Assembly (NCBI GenBank): GCA_038046625.1
Contig: JBBSVV010000007.1
Span: 18,541 to 42,475, forward strand
Source: an archaeon
GTDB lineage: Archaea; Iainarchaeota; Iainarchaeia; Iainarchaeales; Iainarchaeaceae
Direction of reading: 5' to 3'
DNA: 23,935 bases
In this document: piece after piece, positions 15,013 to 22,519 of the stretch
Position numbering within the stretch: the stretch's first letter is position 1
Layout of the letters: each line of letters starts with the position of its first letter
The notes under the pieces: generated by a model
Databases searched by the model: none
Told to the model about the DNA's origin: nothing
What the model saw: the letters and a program-made list of their open reading frames with translations, nothing else
Translations under genes and position numbers: made by a program

Positions 15013-15114
15013 TTACATCATGTCTTTGCCTTTCCACGCCCACTTCCCGGATCCGTCAACTTTCATATGTTTCTTGTTTGCATTCTTTGCGTCTTTGTTT
15101 CCCATGCCGAACAT
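15013..15114 (-). CDS. Small basic protein (33 aa)
   Basis: MFGMGNKDAKNANKKHMKVDGSGKWAWKGKDMM; GGGGTGA SD and CCGAAAAAAAGTATTAAAA promoter-like motif upstream. Confidence 0.5.
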   Translation of the reverse strand: MFGMGNKDAKNANKKHMKVDGSGKWAWKGKDMM

Positions 15115-15176
15115 TATTTCACCCCTGTATAAGTAATTCGCCATAGCCGGCTTTTAATACTTTTTTTCGGCAAAAT

Positions 15177-15297
15177 CGCTCCTGCTGGGATTCGAACCCA
15201 GGTCAAGGGCTCGTTCCAACCATTTTTGGTCAAGCTTTTTTGCCTGCAAAAAAGGTTGCCGGAAGCCCTTATGCTATCCGGGCTACACCACAGGAGC
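15177..15297 (-). tRNA. tRNA-Arg(CCG) with a 47-nt intron at 37/38 (15212-15258)
   Basis: GCTCCTG/CAGGAGC-G acceptor; AGGGC-TT-CCG-G|A-GCCCT; perfect BHB (TTCC/GGAA central helix, AACC/GGTT outer helix). Confidence 0.94.
15223..15253 (-). repeat. Miniature triplex-type element copy 7 (in the tRNA-Arg intron)
   Basis: Minus strand AACC-TTTTTT-GCAGGC-AAAAAA-GCTTGACC-AAAAA; same AACC start and 8-nt linker as the longer copies. Confidence 0.75.
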
Positions 15298-15303
15298 AAC
15301 ACC

Positions 15304-15354
15304 TTTTTTCTTTTCTTGGCAGAAAAGAAAAAAGCTGTACCAAAAAAAGAAAAG
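15304..15354 (+). repeat. Triplex-type element copy 8 (abuts the tRNA-Arg(CCG) 5' end)
   Basis: TTTTTTCTTTTCT-TGGC-AGAAAAGAAAAAA-GCTGTACC-(A)AAAAAAGAAAAG. Confidence 0.88.
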
Positions 15355-15438
15355 GGCAAAGAATTGAAAAGCACGCTGGAAGCGTGCCAAGGCCCTGCGA
15401 AGCAGGGGCTGTCGTTCCCGCCGGGCGAAACCGGCGAG

Positions 15439-15510
15439 CGCTCCCACAGGGAATCGAACCCTGATCGTCAGCTCCGCAAGCTGAAATCCTATCCGTTAGA
15501 CGATGGGAGC
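15439..15510 (-). tRNA. tRNA-Arg(GCG)
   Basis: GCTCCCA/TGGGAGC-G acceptor, TCAGC-TT-GCG-GA-GCTGA anticodon arm, GTTCGATTC T loop. Confidence 0.95.
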
Positions 15511-15515
15511 ACACC

Positions 15516-15560
15516 TTTTCTTTTTGTTTGGCCAAAAGAAAAGCTGTACCAAAAGAAAAA
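15516..15560 (+). repeat. Triplex-type element copy 9 (abuts the tRNA-Arg(GCG) 5' end)
   Basis: TTTTCTTTTT-GTTTGGCC-AAAAGAAAA-GCTGTACC-AAAAGAAAAA; 9 triads. Confidence 0.85.
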
Positions 15561-15584
15561 GCCTTGAAAAGAGTTTAAAACCGC

Positions 15585-15690
15585 TTCTCTTTCTTTTTGA
15601 TCACCTTGCAAAGCTTGGCTTTGCGAGGCCTCGCAGAACTTGGGTTCTGCAAAGGACCTTTTTACTTTCTCTTCGCAAGAGAAAGAAAAA
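15585..15690 (-). repeat. Triplex-type element copy 10 with a structured insert in the linker (3' of map)
   Basis: Minus strand TTTTTCTTTCTCTT-GCG-AAGAGAAAG(T)AAAAA-[60 nt]-AAAAAGAAAGAGAA. Confidence 0.8.
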
Positions 15691-15697
15691 GGTTGTT

Positions 15698-16603
15698 TTA
15701 AAGCAAACGAATGACCTTGCCTTCGTGGGCCAAAAGCGTGGTTTCGGCCTGGCAAACGGTTTTCCCTTCCTCTTCCTTCAGCAAAGGAAACGCCATTATG
15801 CACTTCTTCTGCATGAGTTCCCGCATGCCTATTTTGCGCGCAAAATCACTCATTTTCAGGTTCCTTTGCAGCCAGCGCTCCGCAAACGGGAGTTTCGAGT
15901 AATTATCTTCGACAAAAGCAAGTATTTTGCGCGCCTCCATTCCCCGCACCGGAACCTTTTCCGCAACCTGGAAAATCTCGGCCTGCGAGCCTTCCCTTAC
16001 AAAACCTTCGCCGTCGGTTGCAAAAGGCTCAATCGCAATAGCCATTCCTTCCTCTATTTCCCTTGAATCATTGTTCGCAATGTTCGGAATCGAAGGGCCG
16101 ACATGCGCATCGTATTCAGAAACCCCGTGGCCGCTTAAATTCTGTATCGGCCTGAAGCCCTTTGCCCGCAAAGTGCTCTCGATTTTTTTTCCAAGCGCGC
16201 CGACAGAGACACCTTCCTTAAACATTTTCACGGCCTCTTCAAGGGCCTGCTCCGTTGTTTCAACCATTTCCTTGTGCTTTCCTGAAAAATCAATTGTGAA
16301 AGCCGAATCCGCGATGAAGCCGTTCACATGAACGCCAATGTCAACCTTAATCACTGCGCCTTCGAGAAGAACATCTGCCGATTCGAACGAAGGTGTGTAA
16401 TGCGCGGCAACATTATTCATTGAAAGGTTTATCGGGAATGCCGGGGCGCCGCCCTTTTTCCTGATTTCTGATTCAATGTGCTCCGCAAACTCGTAAAGGT
16501 TCGCGCCTTCCTTGAGTTTTTTTGCCGAGAACTCCTGCATTTCCTTTGTGATTTCGCCGGCTTTCCTGTAATTCTCCACAGTCTTTTTGTCCATGAAATT
16601 CAC
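15698..16603 (-). CDS. map: Methionine aminopeptidase type II
   Basis: AFPINLSMNNVAAHYTP, KVDIGVHVNGFIADSAFT, NLSGHG, AIEPFAT, QAETT; start may be MDKK at 16594. Confidence 0.96.
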   Translation of the reverse strand: MNFMDKKTVENYRKAGEITKEMQEFSAKKLKEGANLYEFAEHIESEIRKKGGAPAFPINLSMNNVAAHYTPSFESADVLLEGAVIKVDIGVHVNGFIADSAFTIDFSGKHKEMVETTEQALEEAVKMFKEGVSVGALGKKIESTLRAKGFRPIQNLSGHGVSEYDAHVGPSIPNIANNDSREIEEGMAIAIEPFATDGEGFVREGSQAEIFQVAEKVPVRGMEARKILAFVEDNYSKLPFAERWLQRNLKMSDFARKIGMRELMQKKCIMAFPLLKEEEGKTVCQAETTLLAHEGKVIRLL

Positions 16604-16636
16604 TTAGAAAAGTTCGTCTGGAATGGGTTTTAAAGG

Positions 16637-19096
16637 TTACGTAAATTTGAACAGCGAGCTCTGCTTCCCGCCCTGAATGAGGTCGTCTTTTCCGTAGCCG
16701 AGCTCCTGCATTATCAGCGCAACAGCCGGAAGAATCTGGTGTTCAATGTAATAATCCGCGTCATAATTGCCTTCCGCAACATACTCCTCGAGCTCGGCCT
16801 TGTCCGAAATCTTTTTCGAGTTTCCCTTTGTAACCACGAAAGCTATGATGCTGCCCACGTCAATGTCCTTTCCTCGGTTCATTGCCTTCTGTGCTGCCGC
16901 CACTTGAGGCCCGGGAGAATCATATTTCGAGGGTTTCCTTTTCAATTGCTTCATTATAACCAACTCCGCCTTGGGAACCTTCCCTTCCTTGAGCCTCCTG
17001 ATTACTTCGCGCGTGATAGCAATGGCTTTCTCGGGCTTTCCTTCCTTCAAAATTGCTTCAATCACGCCCTTTTGGGTTTCCTTTGCAATCACGGCCCAGT
17101 CCCGCCTCACATACTCGAAGCCCACAATCTTCAAATTATCCTTGTAATCAATGAGCGCATACTTTTTCTTCGCGGCTCCCCCTTCCTTTTTGGTCACGAA
17201 TATTCCGCGCTTGTAAACCCCGTCAAGCTCAAGCTCCATAGCCTCAGGAAGCTTGGAATTCATTTCCTCCATGAATTCACGCACTTCCTTTTCACCCTTG
17301 CCCTTTGGCATTTCGAGGAAGCAAGAGTCCGTGTCATTATAAAGCACAGTAAATCCAAATTCAGATTTCTCGGCGTCGCTGCTCACCTCGCGGATGTAAT
17401 GCCTGCTCCAGGCGGTTGTGGCGCGTGCTGACTCCCTTGAGTACCATCTCGCACGCGGATAACCAAGGTACCCGTAATGCGAATTCAAAAGAATTTTCAA
17501 TGCGTGCTGCTTAGCATTCACGGTAATGTACTCGTGCGATTTTTTGTCCAATTGCTTTGCCAGCCTCTTCAATTCAATTCGCTTTGCGAGAATCTCCTCA
17601 AGTATTCCGGGCAAAAACCCTTTTTTTTCCTCGCAGAACCAGTCCTTGTCCGGAGAAACATTCTTCCCGTGCCTGCATTTTTCGTGTTCGCACTTCAGCG
17701 TTTCCGGGGAAATGTTGTGCGAAATTATTATTGTGGGGTGCAAAGAGCGGAAATCCAGAACCGCGATGTTTTCATGCAGCCCTGGCACTGGTTCCTTCAC
17801 ATAGCCTCCCTCAAATGTCTGTAAAGTGCGCTGGTTCACTTCGCTTTCCGAAGGCTTGTTCGGAGCCAAACAATTTTTCCCCGAATTTTTGAGTATGAGC
17901 AATTGCTCCACCATCTGCGAGGATGAGGCCCTTGAAGTGTCCTGCAGAGTGAGGTGCAGCATCCTGCACAGCTCCAATTGCAAAGGCAAAAACTCGGTGC
18001 AGAGCTTTACCGTTACCTCTCCGTCCTCGCGGTTGTATTCCACAACCCTGTCTATTTCCCCCCTGTCCCAGAGCTCGTTGATTTCATGCGCCTGAACCTT
18101 TTCCTTGGGTTTTGCAAAAAGCTTTTCCGAAACAGTTTCCAAATCGAATTTAATCAGGCTTACGGCGCCGATGCGCCCCATGAATTTTGTCAATTGGTAC
18201 GCATCAAGGTGTTGTGTTCCTTTCAGCGAGGCTTCGTGGTATAAACCCCGGTTCCTTATGTTAACGGAGCCGAAGCCGAAATCGCATCCAACCCCGAGCC
18301 TCGCGCAGCGCTCCTTTATGTAAGGCAAATCGAATGAATCGCCGTTGTAAGTCACGAGCACATCCAGCTTCATTGCCCTCAAATCAGCCATTATGGCGCC
18401 AAGCATTTCCTTTTCATTCGCGAATATTTTCACGTCCTTTGCCCCGGTTTTTTTGTAAGTGTAAACCACGCCCTTTTTTTCCGTGGCTATGGCACACATC
18501 AGTATGGGGTCTTTTTTCGGGTCTGAAAATCGCCCCGGTGAATAGGTTTCGAGGTCGATTGCCGCAATCCTGAATTCATGATTCGCGCTTTCCCTTGAAA
18601 CAGCCTTTTTGATTTCCTTCCCCTCATGTTCAACCTCTATGCCGGCCATTGGCTTCAATGACTTGTCAATCAGGTACCTGTCCGCGAAAGGTATGTCGAA
18701 TTCGCGCTTTTCGAAAACCCCTTCAACCTCCTCAATTTTGTCGCGGGCCTTTACGAGGTCCTGCGGGTTTCTGAAAAAAATTTTTACCGCGCCTTTTGCG
18801 TTATCCTTTTCGGATTTTTCCGCGCGCAGCGCCTTTGTGCCCTCGCCGAAATCATGGCTTTTCAGCGCGTTGATTGTGGCTTCCGTGTTTTTTGTAAGGA
18901 CATAAAAATACGGGCTGAATGAATGGTCTTCAAGGGACACTATTTCCTTCTCTGTGCTGATGTAAAGCTGTATTATTGCGTTTCCATGTTCGTCGACTTT
19001 GTAATCGCAGTCAAGCAACAACCCAATCACCTTTGAGGGTGATTCCGTTGACGGGGAATGGCTTCGCGGGATTCCATAAAGCTTATTAGCGGCCAT
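16637..19096 (-). CDS. polB: Archaeal family B DNA polymerase
   Basis: Exo motifs DLETY, YNGDSFD, YNRED; polymerase motifs DFRSLHP, KILLNSHYGY, YNDTDS, KKKYA, VRRDW; C-terminal PIP-box-like QSSLFKF. Confidence 0.96.
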   Translation of the reverse strand: MAANKLYGIPRSHSPSTESPSKVIGLLLDCDYKVDEHGNAIIQLYISTEKEIVSLEDHSFSPYFYVLTKNTEATINALKSHDFGEGTKALRAEKSEKDNAKGAVKIFFRNPQDLVKARDKIEEVEGVFEKREFDIPFADRYLIDKSLKPMAGIEVEHEGKEIKKAVSRESANHEFRIAAIDLETYSPGRFSDPKKDPILMCAIATEKKGVVYTYKKTGAKDVKIFANEKEMLGAIMADLRAMKLDVLVTYNGDSFDLPYIKERCARLGVGCDFGFGSVNIRNRGLYHEASLKGTQHLDAYQLTKFMGRIGAVSLIKFDLETVSEKLFAKPKEKVQAHEINELWDRGEIDRVVEYNREDGEVTVKLCTEFLPLQLELCRMLHLTLQDTSRASSSQMVEQLLILKNSGKNCLAPNKPSESEVNQRTLQTFEGGYVKEPVPGLHENIAVLDFRSLHPTIIISHNISPETLKCEHEKCRHGKNVSPDKDWFCEEKKGFLPGILEEILAKRIELKRLAKQLDKKSHEYITVNAKQHALKILLNSHYGYLGYPRARWYSRESARATTAWSRHYIREVSSDAEKSEFGFTVLYNDTDSCFLEMPKGKGEKEVREFMEEMNSKLPEAMELELDGVYKRGIFVTKKEGGAAKKKYALIDYKDNLKIVGFEYVRRDWAVIAKETQKGVIEAILKEGKPEKAIAITREVIRRLKEGKVPKAELVIMKQLKRKPSKYDSPGPQVAAAQKAMNRGKDIDVGSIIAFVVTKGNSKKISDKAELEEYVAEGNYDADYYIEHQILPAVALIMQELGYGKDDLIQGGKQSSLFKFT

Positions 19097-19142
19097 GGTG
19101 ATATTTTAATGCCAAAAACTTTATTATAAGGGTTTTTCAACA

Positions 19143-19637
19143 ATGCCTCCGCACCACCACCAAAGGGAACAAATGCAGCCTCAGGGAATTCCGCAGGGGG
19201 GCAGGCAGTTCGCGCCGAAGGCGCAGACATTCCTCTCAAAAACCAGCAGCGACGTCAGGGCATTGAACACGAGCATCCTGGTTATTTCGCAGAAGCTCAA
19301 GTACATAATCCGCAACGAAAAAATCCTCGCAAGGAACATGCTTGTGCTCAACAAGAAAATAAAGGCGCTGCAGGAAGGCGGCCTGCCGAGGAATCCTGAT
19401 TCCGAAGGCGGCATGGGCGGGGGCTTTTCCGATATGGGCAGGAAGCTCGCGGAAAACTCGGAACTTATAATTTCGCTGCAGTCAGAGCTCGAGCTTGTGA
19501 AGGAAACCTATGCCAAAGCCGAAGACCTCAAGGAAATGAAGTACGTGATTGACTCCATCAACCCGCTCGAGTTCGTAACCGTCAAGGATTTGAATGAGGC
19601 GCTCGGAAAGCATGCGCCGCAGAAAAAAGGGAAATGA
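19143..19637 (+). CDS. Hypothetical coiled-coil protein
   Basis: 164-aa ORF divergent from polB, ATG close to a TTTATTAT box, heptad-like segments. Confidence 0.75.
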   Translation: MPPHHHQREQMQPQGIPQGGRQFAPKAQTFLSKTSSDVRALNTSILVISQKLKYIIRNEKILARNMLVLNKKIKALQEGGLPRNPDSEGGMGGGFSDMGRKLAENSELIISLQSELELVKETYAKAEDLKEMKYVIDSINPLEFVTVKDLNEALGKHAPQKKGK

Positions 19638-19701
19638 ACAACCCAATCTCATCCAAACAATTTACTAAAAAATCCTTATGGTTTCTAAAAATGATAAGTG
19701 A

Positions 19702-19974
19702 TTATGTGACTGCCATTGTTAGCAGCCCTTCGACTTGGAATATTCCTTGTGTTGTAAGCGTGAGGTTGCCATCATCTTCTTTCACAAGTTCGCACTGTTC
19801 AAGTGCTTTCAGACCATTGACCGAATCTTTCCCAAATCTATCAGCTATGTCTTTCTTGCTTACTTTGGGATTGTATTTTGCTAAGTAGAGTAGTATGCCG
19901 ATGTTATTGCCGTACATAAGCACTCCCTTTAGCTTGGTGGCGTCGGCGGCCATTGTTGTTAGATTCTCTCCCAT
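19702..19974 (-). CDS. Small winged helix-turn-helix protein
   Basis: ILLYLAKYNPKVSKKDIADRFG...LKALEQCELVKEDDGNLTLTTQG wHTH pattern; GAGG SD. Confidence 0.7.
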   Translation of the reverse strand: MGENLTTMAADATKLKGVLMYGNNIGILLYLAKYNPKVSKKDIADRFGKDSVNGLKALEQCELVKEDDGNLTLTTQGIFQVEGLLTMAVT

Positions 19975-20033
19975 ATTTTCGCCTCATCTCTTCTCTTGTA
20001 TTTATCTTTAAGGGTCTAAAGTTTAATATATAC

Positions 20034-20699
20034 TTATCTCGATCGGCGCTTATTATGTAGCCTTTTCTCCCATGGTTGATAGTTCGGGCTGTACATTCCC
20101 TTGCCTGTCTGGGCTTGTTTCATTATGATTCCTGTCAGCCTGTATATTCTGAATCTGGCATATGCTAATGCTGTCTGGCTCAACTCGCCTTCTTTATAGG
20201 TTATTATGGTAGGGAACATGCCGATGTACTCACCTGGGTTGTCTTTGTAGCGGCTAAACTTTCCTTCTTCGATGAGGAAAATGACTTTGCCTTGGAGTGC
20301 GTAATTCTCTGAGAGATAGTTCTGCTCCGTTACTGTGCCGGCTCCTTCGCCGTCAATAAAGACTACAAGTTGGTGATGTATGCAGCATGTTTCAAAGACG
20401 GCTGCTTGGCTTAGGCCACCCTTCAAGTTCATGTCGTAATACTTGTCAATGGTTTCTGCATAGAATCCATTGCGGAGTAGAGTATTCCTGACATTCATTA
20501 AGCGCTCCTTCTTCTCGTTAGTACTCCAATCTCCCAGAACCAACGTCTTTATACTCCGCATGACCAGTTTCATTTCAGCTTCTTTCTGCTGTAGTTCCTT
20601 CCTTATCGAGTCGCCCATTTTTTTAAAATCTGGTGACTCAAAATCAGGAATTTGTTCCTCGATGCGCTTCTTGGCCTCGCTGAAATAATCATTCATCAC
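20034..20699 (-). CDS. Hypothetical protein, possibly TIR/nucleoside-deoxyribosyltransferase-like fold
   Basis: KTLVLG...LLRNGFYA...LVVFIDGEGAGTVTEQ pattern; the fold call is tentative. Confidence 0.6.
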   Translation of the reverse strand: MMNDYFSEAKKRIEEQIPDFESPDFKKMGDSIRKELQQKEAEMKLVMRSIKTLVLGDWSTNEKKERLMNVRNTLLRNGFYAETIDKYYDMNLKGGLSQAAVFETCCIHHQLVVFIDGEGAGTVTEQNYLSENYALQGKVIFLIEEGKFSRYKDNPGEYIGMFPTIITYKEGELSQTALAYARFRIYRLTGIIMKQAQTGKGMYSPNYQPWEKRLHNKRRSR

Positions 20700-20762
20700 A
20701 ATTCACTTGTTTGGTTTTGGGTTAGGAAGTGTATTTTAATGTTCTGAAAATAGTCCATTTTG

Positions 20763-20927
20763 TCATTTGGCTTTGAGCTTAGTCTTCATGGCTGACAATT
20801 GCTTTTCCATTTCTTCCATGCGCTTCATGAAATCTTCTGGTGATTTCATGTACTCTGTGAGAACTTTCTCCTCGATTTTCTGCTCAAGCGCTTCCAGCCC
20901 ACCGTAGTTTAAGCATGGGTGATTCAT
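20763..20927 (-). CDS. Short coiled-coil ORF (54 aa), possibly a gene remnant
   Basis: MNHPCLNYGGLEALEQKIEEKVLTEYMKSPEDFMKRMEEMEKQLSAMKTKLKAK, translated by hand. Confidence 0.45.
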   Translation of the reverse strand: MNHPCLNYGGLEALEQKIEEKVLTEYMKSPEDFMKRMEEMEKQLSAMKTKLKAK

Positions 20928-20932
20928 CGGCC

Positions 20933-22435
20933 TCATTCAACACTTAATGTTGGGCGCACCAAAACGCGGTATCCTTTCCTGTTCTTCATCTGTACGCTCA
21001 CATCATTTCCGCTCACAATGCTGAGGTTTGTTTCGCATTCTTTCCTCAAATCCGCGCGAAGGTCAATCATTGAGCCTGCGGAAACCGCAAAAGCCAGCCC
21101 ATTGTTCTGGAATTCCCTCAGCATTTCCGAAATTTCCCTTGAAACAATCAGTTCCTTTTCATTCGGCAGGATTTTTCCCGCTTCAGGAATCACCGCAATC
21201 GCCTTCACATTCCGGCCTTTCCCGCCCTTGAAAAATGCTGAAAGGGAACGCAGTATAGAATGCGCGATTAGTGCGGCGACTTTTTCATCAACCGAATCCA
21301 CGCGTATAACCGTTGCCCTGGCAATGTTGGCGGAGCTTCCCTTCACCATGTCCTCGACATTGTTTTCGCCGCCGAAAATGTTCGGGTAAATTATTTCCGC
21401 AAGCTTCATTATGCGCGCGGTCTTCTGAATCTGGAACTCGCTGAACTCCTCGGTCTGCTTCGTCTTGGAAATCGCCTCAATAAGTTCGGCCGTTGATTTC
21501 ACCTTTCCTTTTGCGAGCACCATTTTGAGTATCCTCGCGAAATCCTTTTCCCCGACGCCGAGGATTTCCGCGAACCCATCGGCAGAAAGAGTGTTCAGGT
21601 CAACCACAATGCTTTCCCCAGGGGTAAGGGTTTTCACGGGGAAGCCAATCGGGTCCAAATCAACCATGTACTTCTGGAGTTCCGCGGAATTCTTGCTGCC
21701 CTGTGCCATTTTCTGGTACGAATTGTCCCGGTCAAAAATTATGGCGGGCGTGCTGGAAAGCAGCGCACCTTCAATGATGACCTGCAGCACCCTTTTCCTG
21801 TCCTTTGGTTCGCCATCCGTGACAATGGTGCGCATGAAGAGCGCGAGCGGCTCGGCCACTTTCTGCCTGTCACGCGTCAGGCCGATTATTACCTCGCCTT
21901 TCGTGACCGATTTCACGACTTTATCGCCTATGCCCTCGGCTGTTGTGTGCGAGGCCGTCGCGAGCAATGGCGTCAACATGGGCTGCGCAAAGAACGCCGA
22001 CTGTACGGACTCATTGGCTTCCGAAATTTCTTCAAGGGTGAGCTCGTATGCCTTTGAAACATCCTTGGTGAGCATGGCCGAGGTTGAAAGCCTTTTTACA
22101 AGAGAATCGACTTCGCGCGTGAAGTCATCTTCCGTCCAGCGCACATAAGCGGGTTTGCTGCCCAATAAAAGGAATTTCATTGTCTGGCTCTCGTCATGCT
22201 TTGTAATGACAAGCGCTTCGCGCGGCAGGGTTTCAACAAACGCCTCTGCGTCCCCCGTCGCGTGCATGACCTTGTAAAGCTCGACAACGGCGCCCTCAAC
22301 CCTATCGAGCTTTTTTTCAAAAACAAGCACCATTAGTATCTTTTCCGGGTTTGAGTAAAGCTCGACCTCGTGCTGCTGGAATTTGCCCGAAAACAGCTTT
22401 TCCCACGGCCCATTGGCTATCCTGAACAGTTCCAT
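20933..22435 (-). CDS. HerA/FtsK-like ATPase-fold protein with degenerate Walker motifs
   Basis: TIVTDGEPKDRKR at the expected Walker A position, PAIIFD, AVIPEA at the expected Walker B position, GLAFAVS strand; 500 aa. Confidence 0.6.
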   Translation of the reverse strand: MELFRIANGPWEKLFSGKFQQHEVELYSNPEKILMVLVFEKKLDRVEGAVVELYKVMHATGDAEAFVETLPREALVITKHDESQTMKFLLLGSKPAYVRWTEDDFTREVDSLVKRLSTSAMLTKDVSKAYELTLEEISEANESVQSAFFAQPMLTPLLATASHTTAEGIGDKVVKSVTKGEVIIGLTRDRQKVAEPLALFMRTIVTDGEPKDRKRVLQVIIEGALLSSTPAIIFDRDNSYQKMAQGSKNSAELQKYMVDLDPIGFPVKTLTPGESIVVDLNTLSADGFAEILGVGEKDFARILKMVLAKGKVKSTAELIEAISKTKQTEEFSEFQIQKTARIMKLAEIIYPNIFGGENNVEDMVKGSSANIARATVIRVDSVDEKVAALIAHSILRSLSAFFKGGKGRNVKAIAVIPEAGKILPNEKELIVSREISEMLREFQNNGLAFAVSAGSMIDLRADLRKECETNLSIVSGNDVSVQMKNRKGYRVLVRPTLSVE

Positions 22436-22519
22436 GCTATCTTTAGGCTTTAGGGGTTAATTAATATATATAAATTTGCCTAAATAGTAAAGTAATAAAG
22501 CGCAAAAACGCAAAAGGTT

